Below, piece after piece: positions 27,884 to 37,768 of a stretch of DNA of 64,000 nt; within the stretch, counting starts at the first letter, position 1; the number at the start of each line of letters is the position of its first letter. The position numbers were made by a program, and so were the translations under genes. Origin of the DNA: an uncultured virus (IMG/VR IMGVR_UViG_3300004686_000002) (Duplodnaviria; Heunggongvirae; Uroviricota; Caudoviricetes); IMG/VR virus record IMGVR_UViG_3300004686_000002, positions 1-64,000 of that record; one strand, given 5' to 3'. The notes below the pieces were generated by a model. It saw only the letters and a program-made list of their open reading frames with translations. It was not told where the DNA came from and did no database searches.

Positions 27884-28978
27884 TTAGCTAATTAATAATT
27901 GTGCTTTTAGTTCGTCCAGTATTTTAGCTGGATCATCCTCTGTTAAAAGCTTTACCGCTGTGTTATATAAGGCATCAGCTTCTTCTTTACCGTTAGTAAG
28001 CTCATGCAATACTTGAGATATCCTGTCTGTGGTTTTAAGCTCAGATCTGATATTAACGCACTCTTCTTGATTGTTTTTATCTAACTTGATTCTGGTGAAT
28101 TTAACTATTCCAAGTTTGTACAAAAACTGGAGCTTGTCTAGCTGTCCGGATACCTCTGAAGTATATTTGCAAAGAAACACAGGACGATTTTGCTCATACA
28201 TATAGTTTGCATATTCAGAAGGAGCAAAGCTATCTATGTTATCTTTATCTATATTCAGTGTTATGAACTTCCTAGGCAGCTCATATTCTACCAGATCCAG
28301 TTTATCCTCATTCCAGTAATAGATTCCGTCTTTGCTTGTTTCGTCTGCGGCAGTCACACCCAGACTTCCACAATAGCCAACGAATATCTTTCTATCGCAA
28401 ACAGGGTCATGATACCACATTTCCAGTCTCTTATGTATATCTCCCAAGAATATGGCTTGTATAGACCCGCATTGGTTGGAGAAATCTATATCTTTGATAG
28501 AAACCTTTTTCTTTTCGGAGATAAAGAAGAATAGCTCTGGTACTTGTTGGTGCAGGAATATAAACTTAACAGAGTTTGTGGGTCTGCTGTTTAATTCCTG
28601 ATTCAATAAATCTATCACATGTTGCGGATTATCATTATAGTCTATTCCCACAAACTCAGGCTCTGAATTTATAGGATCGAATCCTGCGATCTTTTCCCAT
28701 GTAACTCCATCCACAGGCTTGCTGTGGTCTCCAGCAATACCTAATGGGCGTATACTAGCCGAGCGCAGCCTGCGTAGCTCTGAGGCCACAAAGTCTATGG
28801 TCTCTGACGATGGCTTGTTGTTGTCGAAAAGATCACCCACGCTAACCAGATAATCTACCTTTAACTCTATGGCCAAGTCTATGGTCTTAGAGAATAGAGC
28901 TCTGCAGTCATTTTCTAGCTCTTGAAAGTTATACAGCTTACTCCCCAAATGCTCGTCGGATATTGCTAAAAATCTCAT
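27884..28978 (-). CDS. sbcD: SbcD/Mre11/gp47-like nuclease
   Basis: SDEHLG, GDLFD, GDHS, LHQ, LGDIH, YCGS. Confidence 0.92.
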   Translation of the reverse strand: MRFLAISDEHLGSKLYNFQELENDCRALFSKTIDLAIELKVDYLVSVGDLFDNNKPSSETIDFVASELRRLRSASIRPLGIAGDHSKPVDGVTWEKIAGFDPINSEPEFVGIDYNDNPQHVIDLLNQELNSRPTNSVKFIFLHQQVPELFFFISEKKKVSIKDIDFSNQCGSIQAIFLGDIHKRLEMWYHDPVCDRKIFVGYCGSLGVTAADETSKDGIYYWNEDKLDLVEYELPRKFITLNIDKDNIDSFAPSEYANYMYEQNRPVFLCKYTSEVSGQLDKLQFLYKLGIVKFTRIKLDKNNQEECVNIRSELKTTDRISQVLHELTNGKEEADALYNTAVKLLTEDDPAKILDELKAQLLIS

Positions 28979-29367
28979 GCTTCTAATTTTCTGTGTTGTT
29001 CCGTGAAAACTATCTTTTGTGTATTAGGTCTGCCGGGTGCGACAGCATTATCACTATCCACATATTCTTGGGTATAGTCAAGCATATGGGCTAGGCCGTA
29101 TAGATTATCCCCATCTTCTACAAATGTATACCCCTTGGATGTCTTATTCTCCAGGGAAAGATTATACATGTCCCTGGCTAGCTCCTCATCCATCCAAACT
29201 TTTAATATTTCGGTCTTGCTGTAATTTCCCGTGCGTCCACATAGAGAGTTTTCAAAAACATAATAGATTTCATTACGGTTCTTGACTAACTCCACAGCTA
29301 ATACCTCGGTAACATTACCTCTGATTATTTCTTCCTTTTTAAGGAAGCTTGTCATTATTCGCTCCAT
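28975..29367 (-). CDS. WGR-domain-like protein
   Basis: CGRTG followed by a helix ending KTSKGY. Confidence 0.45.
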   Translation of the reverse strand: MERIMTSFLKKEEIIRGNVTEVLAVELVKNRNEIYYVFENSLCGRTGNYSKTEILKVWMDEELARDMYNLSLENKTSKGYTFVEDGDNLYGLAHMLDYTQEYVDSDNAVAPGRPNTQKIVFTEQHRKLEA

Positions 29368-29611
29368 AATTATTTTCTATTTGTGTGTTTAGGTAGTCTC
29401 TCTCTATCTCAATGAGTTTTTCCCTGAATTGATGTGTTCCTATCACATTCCCTTTTAGATCTTTTGCCTCCCACATTTGGATTCTTGGATTGAATTCTAT
29501 GTTAGAGACTCGCTTGACTACCCTCTGACCGAGGGTAGCAAGCTTGTCGAAAAGGTTATCTGATAGTCCAGAGAGGTTTCCCTCGCTGTCTATATAGATA
29601 ACGCTGCGCAT
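29339..29611 (-). CDS. Hypothetical protein of the DUF2997/DUF1257 cluster
   Basis: I.ID..G, LG...VKRVSNIE, R...I..E..YL. Confidence 0.65.
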   Translation of the reverse strand: MRSVIYIDSEGNLSGLSDNLFDKLATLGQRVVKRVSNIEFNPRIQMWEAKDLKGNVIGTHQFREKLIEIERDYLNTQIENNYGANNDKLP

Positions 29612-29612
29612 A

Positions 29613-29810
29613 TTATAACTCTATTTGGTTATCTTTGTTTTGAATAGGCTCATTGTATTCCTCTGTCATCTCTCTGGTGCCTTCCTCAGCACCACCGAGC
29701 CTATCCTCAATGAGTTTTGTTGCCTCTAAGCAACCGGATCCGTAACCCTCTACCTTGTCGACTTTTACGTTGCCGGTTTTATCTATAATGAAAACAATAC
29801 TCTTAGACAT
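29613..29810 (-). CDS. DUF2997-family protein
   Basis: I...G.V....EGYG..C.EATK.IE..LG.......T.EY. Confidence 0.8.
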   Translation of the reverse strand: MSKSIVFIIDKTGNVKVDKVEGYGSGCLEATKLIEDRLGGAEEGTREMTEEYNEPIQNKDNQIEL

Positions 29811-30066
29811 ATTGCATAGAGTTACGAATAAACCTGCCGGTTTTGTCGTGTTGGAAACGAATATTTACGGAGTGTGTTTTCTCCCCTGGGCAATACACCA
29901 CATACGTAACCTTAGCTCTGGCCCAACCTGGTGACTTCTCAGGCACCAGGGTATGCCGGTGAACATACACCTTGGCGGGTGGATATGGTTGGCACTCGTT
30001 GTAGAGTGTTTCCACGATGGACTTTTCGAGCTGCGTTGAGATGGATTCGAATTCGTTGCTGTTCAT
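29803..30066 (-). CDS. Hypothetical protein
   Basis: ORF with an A/C-rich leader. Confidence 0.55.
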   Translation of the reverse strand: MNSNEFESISTQLEKSIVETLYNECQPYPPAKVYVHRHTLVPEKSPGWARAKVTYVVYCPGEKTHSVNIRFQHDKTGRFIRNSMQYV

Positions 30067-30084
30067 ATTTGTTTTTGGTTGGGT

Positions 30085-30474
30085 TTATTTGGTTGCGATT
30101 ATTTTTAATTCTCCTGTGGATAATGTTTCCACTTTGTAGTTCAAATCCTCCTCATTCATGAACTGCTTTACTTCAGCTAATGAATAATTCTGTTTAATAT
30201 ATTGCAAGTTATGACCTAGCTGTTTTGCGATAGATGAATCGTAAAAGTCGCAGGTAAACTGTGCTTCACCGTCACTATTGATATCTATGCCTACATCATA
30301 TCCCATAGGGGATGGGTTCAGGGCTACATATTGGTGCACCACATTCCTGCTTGGGTCTGTGGGATAAGTGGTGCATACCTGGTTTTCTACAACCTTCCAA
30401 CCCATGTTTTCGAATGTATTAAGCAACAATCGCTTGTTTTTAAACTTTGTTTTAATTTTTACTGAATGACTCAT
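30085..30474 (-). CDS. DUF1257 (Ycf35-like) protein
   Basis: MSHSVKIKTK...L, YDVG, D.Y, Q.Y. Confidence 0.8.
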   Translation of the reverse strand: MSHSVKIKTKFKNKRLLLNTFENMGWKVVENQVCTTYPTDPSRNVVHQYVALNPSPMGYDVGIDINSDGEAQFTCDFYDSSIAKQLGHNLQYIKQNYSLAEVKQFMNEEDLNYKVETLSTGELKIIATK

Positions 30475-30800
30475 GTGTTTATCGGTATTTGTATTACTTT
30501 ATTTGTTTTTGCAGGTTGCACACTTAATCTGATTATCTTTTTTCTCTTAAACCCCTGTTCTTCCCAGCAGGTGTTTAGAGAATTTTCAATAATCTCTTTA
30601 AACTCGTCAGGAGGGATGTCAAACATCTCCTCTTTCGCGAGTATTGATATGTTATCGTGAGATATAGCTCTTACCTCTCCGTTGCTCACCTCACAATATG
30701 GAATTATTAAGCTAAATATGTTCTCTGGATCCCCCCTAAAGGAGATCCAGAGCATATCAAATGAGGGTAGGTCTAACACATTCTCCTCTTTATTAAACAT
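30471..30800 (-). CDS. Hypothetical protein
   Basis: Probable start MFNKEE just after the DUF3150 stop. Confidence 0.5.
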   Translation of the reverse strand: MFNKEENVLDLPSFDMLWISFRGDPENIFSLIIPYCEVSNGEVRAISHDNISILAKEEMFDIPPDEFKEIIENSLNTCWEEQGFKRKKIIRLSVQPAKTNKVIQIPINT

Positions 30801-30801
30801 A

Positions 30802-31806
30802 TTATACTTCCAGCTTGCGGAAATACTCCCCGGAGATGTTAGCCACATCGCTAACATTTTTAGCCTCTGTGATTACCCCAGTAAGCATAGACTGCAGTTC
30901 TTTAACGGCATCTTTGTCTTTAGCCAGGTCCTTATTTCCCTTAAGCAGGTTTTCAACCTTGCTAAGCTCTGCCTCGATGTTCTTATCTTCTATGAAGTTA
31001 AGATCACGAAACTCATTGATGTGCTTCATCAGCGTCTTGATATTGGTTTCTGAAACAACCTCCTTTTTGGAGATTTTTTCCAACACAACAGAGCAATGCT
31101 CTACAACCTTTGAACGCAGGGTATCAATCACATCGCCAACAAACTCATTGATTTTGCTCATATGAGTGCTGAGTTGATTTGAATATTCCTCCCTGTATTT
31201 TCTGGCTGCTGCAACCTTTGCTTCGTTGTTTGCCTGCTCACGGCCAATTTCCGTATGTATGTCCACATTAGAAAACTCCGTGGGCAGCTTAACCTCAAAC
31301 GACACAATATCGAAAGAGAACTTCGACTTAACCTTCTCAACGTCTGGATATAGGTTTTCCATGTCCTCTACCTTGACTTGATCCTCAAACTGCTTGTAGT
31401 AGTCGATGGCCTCCTGCTTATACGTGGGATACTTTTCGATAAACTCATCCCGCATATTAATGAATGCCTCCTTGTACTCGTTGAGCTTCTGATACACCTC
31501 AACATACCTCGCCTTGGGAACGAAGTGTGCTTGGGGAACCAGGGGAAACTGGAACGAGTTTGAATACAGGTAGTTACGGGCACGTTGCTGCAAGCTGCGG
31601 AACAAGTTATGCACCGCGGGCTTGATGAGCATCTTTTTACCCAGCTGAATCATTTCTGGCAGCTTTTGATCCAGCTTGATGTCCTCTTCTGTGAGGCTGT
31701 AGCTCATGCCCCACATCGCAATGTGTACGTTAACGAGCTTACCATCCTCGAAAACCTTGTCGTAATACTTCTGAAGCGTTTCTGATATTTTGTTGTTACT
31801 GTCCAT
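30802..31806 (-). CDS. DUF3150-like protein
   Basis: LGKKMLI, FVP and F...Y..Y pattern with a helical C-terminus; directly after the AAA ATPase. Confidence 0.65.
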   Translation of the reverse strand: MDSNNKISETLQKYYDKVFEDGKLVNVHIAMWGMSYSLTEEDIKLDQKLPEMIQLGKKMLIKPAVHNLFRSLQQRARNYLYSNSFQFPLVPQAHFVPKARYVEVYQKLNEYKEAFINMRDEFIEKYPTYKQEAIDYYKQFEDQVKVEDMENLYPDVEKVKSKFSFDIVSFEVKLPTEFSNVDIHTEIGREQANNEAKVAAARKYREEYSNQLSTHMSKINEFVGDVIDTLRSKVVEHCSVVLEKISKKEVVSETNIKTLMKHINEFRDLNFIEDKNIEAELSKVENLLKGNKDLAKDKDAVKELQSMLTGVITEAKNVSDVANISGEYFRKLEV

Positions 31807-31807
31807 G

Positions 31808-33376
31808 TTAGTCCATTGATATGCTAAGCTTGCGCATAGCGGTTTCTACTGTTTGTGTTTCTCCCTCGTCGTTAAGCATAACCAGCTTACCGCGAGCCTG
31901 TTTACGCATGATTTGCAAGTCCTCCTCGTGCGAATGAGCGAACGGGATGAACTCGTCAAGTTCTGCCAATACTTCTTTATCTGATATTTCTTTACCGGCG
32001 TAAAACGCCCTGAACAATGCTGACTTTATAACATCCTCGATCTCTGCGCCTGTGAACTCGTCGGATTCATCCACGAACTTCTTCAGGTTATAGTTATCGG
32101 GGGTTCTACCATACTTCTTAAGCACCACGCTAAAGATCTCTTTACGCTCCTGCTCTGAAGGAAGATCTACCCAGAAAAGCTGGTCAAACCTACCTTTGCG
32201 AATAAGAGGGGAAGGAAGAATAGTGTGATCGTTCGATGTGGCCACAATGAACGCAGGGTTAGTACGATCATTCAACCAGCCAAGGAATGTACCGAAAATA
32301 CGAGAGCTAACACCTGTGTCTCCCTTACCTGATACGGCATCCTTACTGAGGCTCTTTTCTATCTCATCAATAAGAATAACGCATTTGCCGATACTCTCGA
32401 TTACCTTGATAGCTTCTCGCATATTACGCTCACTGTTACCTACATGCGAGTCGAACACGGAGCCCATATCAAACTGAAACAATGGGCAATCGAATTCTTT
32501 GGCAATAGACTTACTGATCAGCGTTTTACCTGTACCCGGCACAGACGCAATGAGAATACCCTTTGGGAGAGGGAGTTTGTATTCCCTGGCTTCTTGGGTG
32601 TACGCCTTCTTCCTGGAATGAATCCAGCTCTTAAGCCCGCTCAAACCACCTACGTTATCAAATGAGATATCGCTAGGGATATATGTGAGCAATCCATTCT
32701 TCTTGAGTTGCTGGATCTTCTCATCAAACACCGTGGAGGTGAATTCTTTGTTGAATGTTTTTGCAGAGGTATATGCCATTGCAAACGCATTCTCAATTTC
32801 TCCAAAGGTCATACCCTTGGCTGCCTCTATAGCTGCCTCTTTGATGTCCTGGGGAACCTCTATGATCTCCATCTTTTTATCTTCTCTGGCTTTATTAACA
32901 GAGTCGATGATGTAGTCCAGGCGTTCTCCTATGCTTTTAACACCCGGAAGATCATAATCTATAAGCTGGATTTCTTTCTCCATCTCCGCAGGGATTGCAA
33001 ACTTATGACCAACCAATACAATCATATTGCCCTTACTCTTTAGAATGTTCCAAAGATTCCTGAGTAAACGAATGTTAATCACCTTGTCGAAATGCAGGTG
33101 AAAATCTTTTAGGATAAAGATATTATCCTCTTCTCTGTATCCTTGCAGATACTTGAGAAGCTCTGTGCTGTTGTTAAGCCCTTCGGGATGGTTTTGATTA
33201 TTATCTTTCAAATTAACCAACCCTCGCTGAGCATCCCAGGCATGTAATTTTGTAACCTGGTCATTAGAGAATAACTCTAATAAGTCCTTAACCACCCGTT
33301 CTTCCTCGTGGGTGAGAATGAACAGGCTAGGATAATGTGCTTTGTAATAATTTTTGAATTTTTGTGTGAATTCCAT
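31808..33376 (-). CDS. Ycf46-like AAA+ ATPase
   Basis: THEEER, KDFH, VGGL..LK.W, PGTGKT, DEIEK, RKGRFD. Confidence 0.9.
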   Translation of the reverse strand: MEFTQKFKNYYKAHYPSLFILTHEEERVVKDLLELFSNDQVTKLHAWDAQRGLVNLKDNNQNHPEGLNNSTELLKYLQGYREEDNIFILKDFHLHFDKVINIRLLRNLWNILKSKGNMIVLVGHKFAIPAEMEKEIQLIDYDLPGVKSIGERLDYIIDSVNKAREDKKMEIIEVPQDIKEAAIEAAKGMTFGEIENAFAMAYTSAKTFNKEFTSTVFDEKIQQLKKNGLLTYIPSDISFDNVGGLSGLKSWIHSRKKAYTQEAREYKLPLPKGILIASVPGTGKTLISKSIAKEFDCPLFQFDMGSVFDSHVGNSERNMREAIKVIESIGKCVILIDEIEKSLSKDAVSGKGDTGVSSRIFGTFLGWLNDRTNPAFIVATSNDHTILPSPLIRKGRFDQLFWVDLPSEQERKEIFSVVLKKYGRTPDNYNLKKFVDESDEFTGAEIEDVIKSALFRAFYAGKEISDKEVLAELDEFIPFAHSHEEDLQIMRKQARGKLVMLNDEGETQTVETAMRKLSISMD

Positions 33377-33380
33377 GTGT

Positions 33381-33845
33381 TTATTGTGGTTTGTGTGTTT
33401 CTTTTAGTAACTGTCCGATTTCTGTGCCTTTAACGCCAAAAAAGTCTAGCATATGCTCCATGATGGTATTCAATGGTGTTGTACCTCTCTTTCTGGCCAT
33501 CTTCTTGATATATTCATCCTCGTGATGAGGTAACTTCGATAGCAACCAAACAGCTGCACCATACAGCTCATGAGAGCTTATTTTAAACTCCGTCGAATTC
33601 GACGGGGTTACTTGCTTTTTTATTGTCTTAACAACAGCAGGCTTTGACTCTCGCGGTTTGTTTTTAGGCTTGGCTTTTGTAACCACAACTTGTGGTGCTA
33701 ATACAACCTTTGGAGGTCTACCTCTTTTCCTTTTAACCGCAACAGGAGGCTCTGGCTGAATTACTTTTCTTGGGCGTCCTCTGCCTCTCTTTTTTACCTC
33801 TACTACTTCTGTCTTTTTATTAACCTTTTTAGCCTTTTTTTTCAA
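33381..33845 (-). CDS. Basic AT-hook DNA-binding protein
   Basis: KRGRGRPRK and KRGRPPK AT-hook motifs. Confidence 0.7.
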   Translation of the reverse strand: MKKKAKKVNKKTEVVEVKKRGRGRPRKVIQPEPPVAVKRKRGRPPKVVLAPQVVVTKAKPKNKPRESKPAVVKTIKKQVTPSNSTEFKISSHELYGAAVWLLSKLPHHEDEYIKKMARKRGTTPLNTIMEHMLDFFGVKGTEIGQLLKETHKPQ

Positions 33846-33866
33846 TGTGTGTGTTAGCTTGCTGGT

Positions 33867-34064
33867 TTATACTTTCTTTGGCCTAGGTGGTGCCTGCGGC
33901 TGAGGAGGGGGTTGCACCTGTTGGGCATAACTATCCGCCAAATCCTTGCGCTGAGCAGACTTGCTACTGCCTGTATAATATTTATCTAATAGCGGCTTTA
34001 TTACCGGAGATACATATTGTTTAAGCCTGTCTCTGACCTTATAATAAATTGCTGTTTTACTCAT
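33867..34064 (-). CDS. Small hypothetical protein
   Basis: ATG 7 nt downstream of a TATAAT box. Confidence 0.55.
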   Translation of the reverse strand: MSKTAIYYKVRDRLKQYVSPVIKPLLDKYYTGSSKSAQRKDLADSYAQQVQPPPQPQAPPRPKKV

Positions 34065-34071
34065 AACTACG

Positions 34072-34077
34072 ATTATA
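34072..34077 (-). promoter_or_regulatory. -10 box TATAAT
   Basis: At the head of the long minus-strand run, divergent from the terminase. Confidence 0.5.
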
Positions 34078-34233
34078 CTACCTTTTCCTATATACTGGGT
34101 AATATTTTTTATTTACCTCTGCCTTTGGGGTAACAACTGAAATAAGCGATTCGAGCGCTTCATATGTAAAATTATATATTGTAACAAAGTTGTTGATTTG
34201 TTTTTGATTTTTACCTAACTTCTTTCTTGTACT

Positions 34234-35937
34234 ATGTCCCATTACGATGTTAAAGAAACTATAGAAAAACTGCTCAAGGCAGGAACCAAGGAGTCAGTTT
34301 TTCGTGCTCGACAGCTAATGTTTTCGGTACTTCCTCCCTCTCATTTTGTCGAGAACTACTTGTTTGATAATGAGGGCAGGCTTCAAGATTTAAATGATTT
34401 CCCGATGCTTAAGCATATTTATGACAATATGCCGCAGAAATTGCTCCTTAAGTGCAGTCGTAAAACTTTGAAGAGTACACTTTTGAGTAATTTCGTTTGT
34501 TTAAACATGTTGAGATGGAATTACTACAAGCTACTATATATTGGTCCGCAGGAGTTAACTGTTAAATATTTTTCTAGTAATTACCTTCCACCTAGATTTG
34601 ATAGCCCTAAGGTTAAGAATATGTTGGTGAAAGGCTGGGATAAGAATGATGTGTTTGAAAAGATTTTAGGGGACACTAGAAGTAGTATCTTGTTTCGTTA
34701 TGTTAAAGATGATGCAACGCGAGTTCGTGGTCCCGCCGTGGATTGTATTGTTTATGATGAGGTGCAGGACATACATTATGACCAGATACCTATTATCCAG
34801 GAAACAATGGCATTGAGTCCTTACAAACGAGAGATATTCGCAGGTACGCCGTTAGACTCCTCGAATACTATTCATAGTTTGTGGAAAACAACAAACCAAC
34901 TGGAGTGGATGATGCGTTGTGGGTGTGGGCATTGGAATAGCCTTACAGAAGGCAATGACCCTATGAAAATGATTTTACCTCATGGATTGAGTTGTTCAAA
35001 ATGCTCTAAAAAATTAGATGCTAGGCAAGGAGAATGGGCTGCGGGTAATCCCAAGAATTTTTTAATGACGGGATATCATCTTGCGCAGCCAATCTTACCA
35101 TTCTTCAACGAGAGCGAAAAAGAGTGGAAAGAAATTTATGAAAAATGCACTAGCGGAAAATATGATCAGAAAAAGATAATGAATGAGGTACTGGGCTTGA
35201 GCTTTGATATAGGTACAAAGCCAATTACTGAAGAAGAACTTAGAAAGAATTGTGTACTTGGTAATATGATTGAGCCTGGCAGCGATAAGCATGCCGTATT
35301 CTTGAAGAATAGGGGAAGGTATAAAATATTTACTGTGGGTGTGGATTGGGGTGTTTCTATGGTGCAGAGCAGAACAGTATGCACTGTTGGAGCATTGAGA
35401 AACGATGGGATATTTGAAGTATTTTTTGTTAAGATTTTTTCTGGTTTTGATCATGAAGCACACATAAAGAGCATATCCGAGATAGCAAATGGCTATAATG
35501 CCTATTGTGTGTCTGACTCTGGACCTGATCCTATCAGAGGAATAAAACTCTGCGAAATGACCAGCCCAACAAGATCACAGTTAGCTGCATATAGACGCAG
35601 TAAAGTGATTCAGTACTTTGACATGGGTGACTATGACTGGCGACAAAACAGATGGATACTGCACAGGTCTGATGTTATATCTCTGGTGATCCGTCAAATA
35701 AAAGAAGGCAAGATCCTGTTTCCTAACTGGGAAGATGTGTCTGACTATATGCAGGATCTTTTAAACGTATATGTTGAAGTAAAAGACGGCCTGTATGGCC
35801 AGGAGATGTTCTATAACCATAATCCCAACCAGCCCGACGACGCCATGCACAGCCTTGTATTCGCCGCTTGCGCCGCCTACATGGCCGCTGGAGATATTGT
35901 TCTCCAGGGCGCAAGTAGCAGTGCTAGGGAGATTTAA
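34234..35937 (+). CDS. terL: Terminase large subunit (GpA-like)
   Basis: SRKTLKST Walker A variant, YDEVQD, GTP coupling motif, Cys cluster, GVDWG and PDDAMHS nuclease motifs. Confidence 0.85.
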   Translation: MSHYDVKETIEKLLKAGTKESVFRARQLMFSVLPPSHFVENYLFDNEGRLQDLNDFPMLKHIYDNMPQKLLLKCSRKTLKSTLLSNFVCLNMLRWNYYKLLYIGPQELTVKYFSSNYLPPRFDSPKVKNMLVKGWDKNDVFEKILGDTRSSILFRYVKDDATRVRGPAVDCIVYDEVQDIHYDQIPIIQETMALSPYKREIFAGTPLDSSNTIHSLWKTTNQLEWMMRCGCGHWNSLTEGNDPMKMILPHGLSCSKCSKKLDARQGEWAAGNPKNFLMTGYHLAQPILPFFNESEKEWKEIYEKCTSGKYDQKKIMNEVLGLSFDIGTKPITEEELRKNCVLGNMIEPGSDKHAVFLKNRGRYKIFTVGVDWGVSMVQSRTVCTVGALRNDGIFEVFFVKIFSGFDHEAHIKSISEIANGYNAYCVSDSGPDPIRGIKLCEMTSPTRSQLAAYRRSKVIQYFDMGDYDWRQNRWILHRSDVISLVIRQIKEGKILFPNWEDVSDYMQDLLNVYVEVKDGLYGQEMFYNHNPNQPDDAMHSLVFAACAAYMAAGDIVLQGASSSAREI

Positions 35938-37070
35938 ACTCCTCCAAACCCAATAACTTTTTTGGGCTCTTCTTCTTTAAGGTGGTTATCCTCCGTGAGA
36001 TAATAAATTTCTGCGATAGTCATAGGCGATTCTACTTTATGGTCTATCTTTAGAGAGTCTATTAACTTCTGAGCATCTTCCACACTTAACTTATCGAACT
36101 CATGACTGAACTTTAACCTACCTTTTCTAAGGAGGGCCTTATCAAGATTTTCTTTCTTTGTATTGAATGTGGCTATGATAGTTACATTCAATGTGCTGCT
36201 GATAAAGCTGTCTGTAAGATTCAGAATAGCAGACACAATGGATGCGTTACCGGTATTCTCTTCACGAGATACCAGAGCCTTTTCTGCGTCTTCTATCACC
36301 AAGATCATATTCCTATTGTTCATGAGCAACGGAATAAAGTCTGGTGAAATCAAATGGTCTATAAGATTGATAGGGATATAAACAATCTTTCTCTCTGAGA
36401 TCACAGATAACAAATGCTTAATATATGAGGACTTTCCTGTGCCTGGTTCTCCGTAGAACAAGTACAAGCCAGAGCTCTTATTGTTTAGAGAATTTATTAT
36501 CTCGTCGTGCAGAGGTGGAAATTTAGAGCCGTAGTTTAGAGCTAAATCAGAAGTAGATTCAGGCACATCCAAGGGCTTTAAAGTTACCTCACCATACTGT
36601 GTAGCTAATAGATATATCTTTGACTTGGATACATACTTAAACTCTTTTAAGGTTTCCCAAAGTTTCTTTAATACTTTTTCATCAGGACCTACAGCCGATA
36701 TTGTGCAAAGCTCTGGTTCTTCAGATTTCTTTTTACCGCCTCTTCTTCTGATAGCAAACTCTTCTCCTGATATAGACGGATACTCACCATGCTCTGAGTC
36801 GCTAGTTTCTAATACTACTCCCTCGAAAGTTGTGCCGACTTTACCTATCCAATAAGTACCACGAGATAATGAGTCGCCTCTAGAAGTATATTCTATCGAG
36901 AAGCTATCAAAATGCTTGGATACATATTTGATTGTTTTGTCTGCATATAGAGATTCATTAATGTTCAACTTAGATGGAATTGTTCCATACTTTAGGTTAT
37001 ACAAATACTCTATTCGGATTTGTCCTAAGGCAGCTGGTGCCTCGAACAGGTGTGTGTTGTCTCTGATCAT
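35934..37070 (-). CDS. AAA+ ATPase
   Basis: GEPGTGKS, IEDAE, DKALLRKGR, C-terminal IGF. Confidence 0.9.
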   Translation of the reverse strand: MIRDNTHLFEAPAALGQIRIEYLYNLKYGTIPSKLNINESLYADKTIKYVSKHFDSFSIEYTSRGDSLSRGTYWIGKVGTTFEGVVLETSDSEHGEYPSISGEEFAIRRRGGKKKSEEPELCTISAVGPDEKVLKKLWETLKEFKYVSKSKIYLLATQYGEVTLKPLDVPESTSDLALNYGSKFPPLHDEIINSLNNKSSGLYLFYGEPGTGKSSYIKHLLSVISERKIVYIPINLIDHLISPDFIPLLMNNRNMILVIEDAEKALVSREENTGNASIVSAILNLTDSFISSTLNVTIIATFNTKKENLDKALLRKGRLKFSHEFDKLSVEDAQKLIDSLKIDHKVESPMTIAEIYYLTEDNHLKEEEPKKVIGFGGV

Positions 37071-37071
37071 A

Positions 37072-37626
37072 TTAGCTGTGTTTTGTCATATATTCTGTAA
37101 CCTTGTCTACTTTCATGTTAAATATTTCTTCTAACGCTTTGTTCTTCTCTGTATCATCTCCGTCAGTAGGATATCCTTCTGGCATAATAGCATCAGGAAA
37201 TAAATCAGGAGCCTTGCAGAAGCCGTATTCATGGAATACCCACCCAGCATAGGCTCTAACCGCCTGGCTGTATTCTAGTTCTTCCATCTTGAGTAACATA
37301 ACCTCTGTCATGCCCACAATAAGCTCCTCGGCCTCTAAAGGCTCAAAGTCTTCAAAATCTTGATGATTATGATTTATTAAGCTAGTACAAACCTCAAAAG
37401 TTCTCAGGTCAGTCTCGTACATATTAGTTGTTAATATGGTAAGCGCGGCCTGCAGTTTATCAGATTGTAAATCTGTTAGAGTGACATCAAACTCATGCTC
37501 TAATTCATTTCTAAGAATCTGTGGCTCCCAACTAAAAGAGTCTACCCCAAACGCTTTCTGAATAACATATAATAGGGCCATTAATGGGGCAGTTTCGTCT
37601 TTTAATATTTCTTTAGAGGATTTCAT
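37072..37626 (-). CDS. Acidic hypothetical protein
   Basis: Clean 184-aa ORF. Confidence 0.65.
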   Translation of the reverse strand: MKSSKEILKDETAPLMALLYVIQKAFGVDSFSWEPQILRNELEHEFDVTLTDLQSDKLQAALTILTTNMYETDLRTFEVCTSLINHNHQDFEDFEPLEAEELIVGMTEVMLLKMEELEYSQAVRAYAGWVFHEYGFCKAPDLFPDAIMPEGYPTDGDDTEKNKALEEIFNMKVDKVTEYMTKHS

Positions 37627-37641
37627 GAGAAGATTAGAATT

Positions 37642-37714
37642 TGGCAGGGCCGGGGATCGAACCCGGGATCTCGTGATTATGAGCCACGCGACTTAACCGC
37701 TTGTCCACCCTGCG
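37642..37714 (-). tRNA. tRNA-Met(CAT), initiator type
   Basis: Cloverleaf; C1xC72 mismatch, A11-U24, loop CTCATAA; CCA not encoded. Confidence 0.9.
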
Positions 37715-37743
37715 TTAATTCAAGTTCAGATAAGATATCAATG

Positions 37744-37749
37744 ATTATA
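37744..37749 (-). promoter_or_regulatory. -10 box for the tRNA-Met unit
   Basis: TATAAT about 30 nt upstream of the tRNA. Confidence 0.5.
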
Positions 37750-37768
37750 CTCTTTTGCAAGAGATGGA

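Noticed and set aside
35934..35945. C-terminal GG-V of the AAA ATPase as another Ubl-type site
   Set aside because: It follows a common IGF tail and lacks the GTLxGG context
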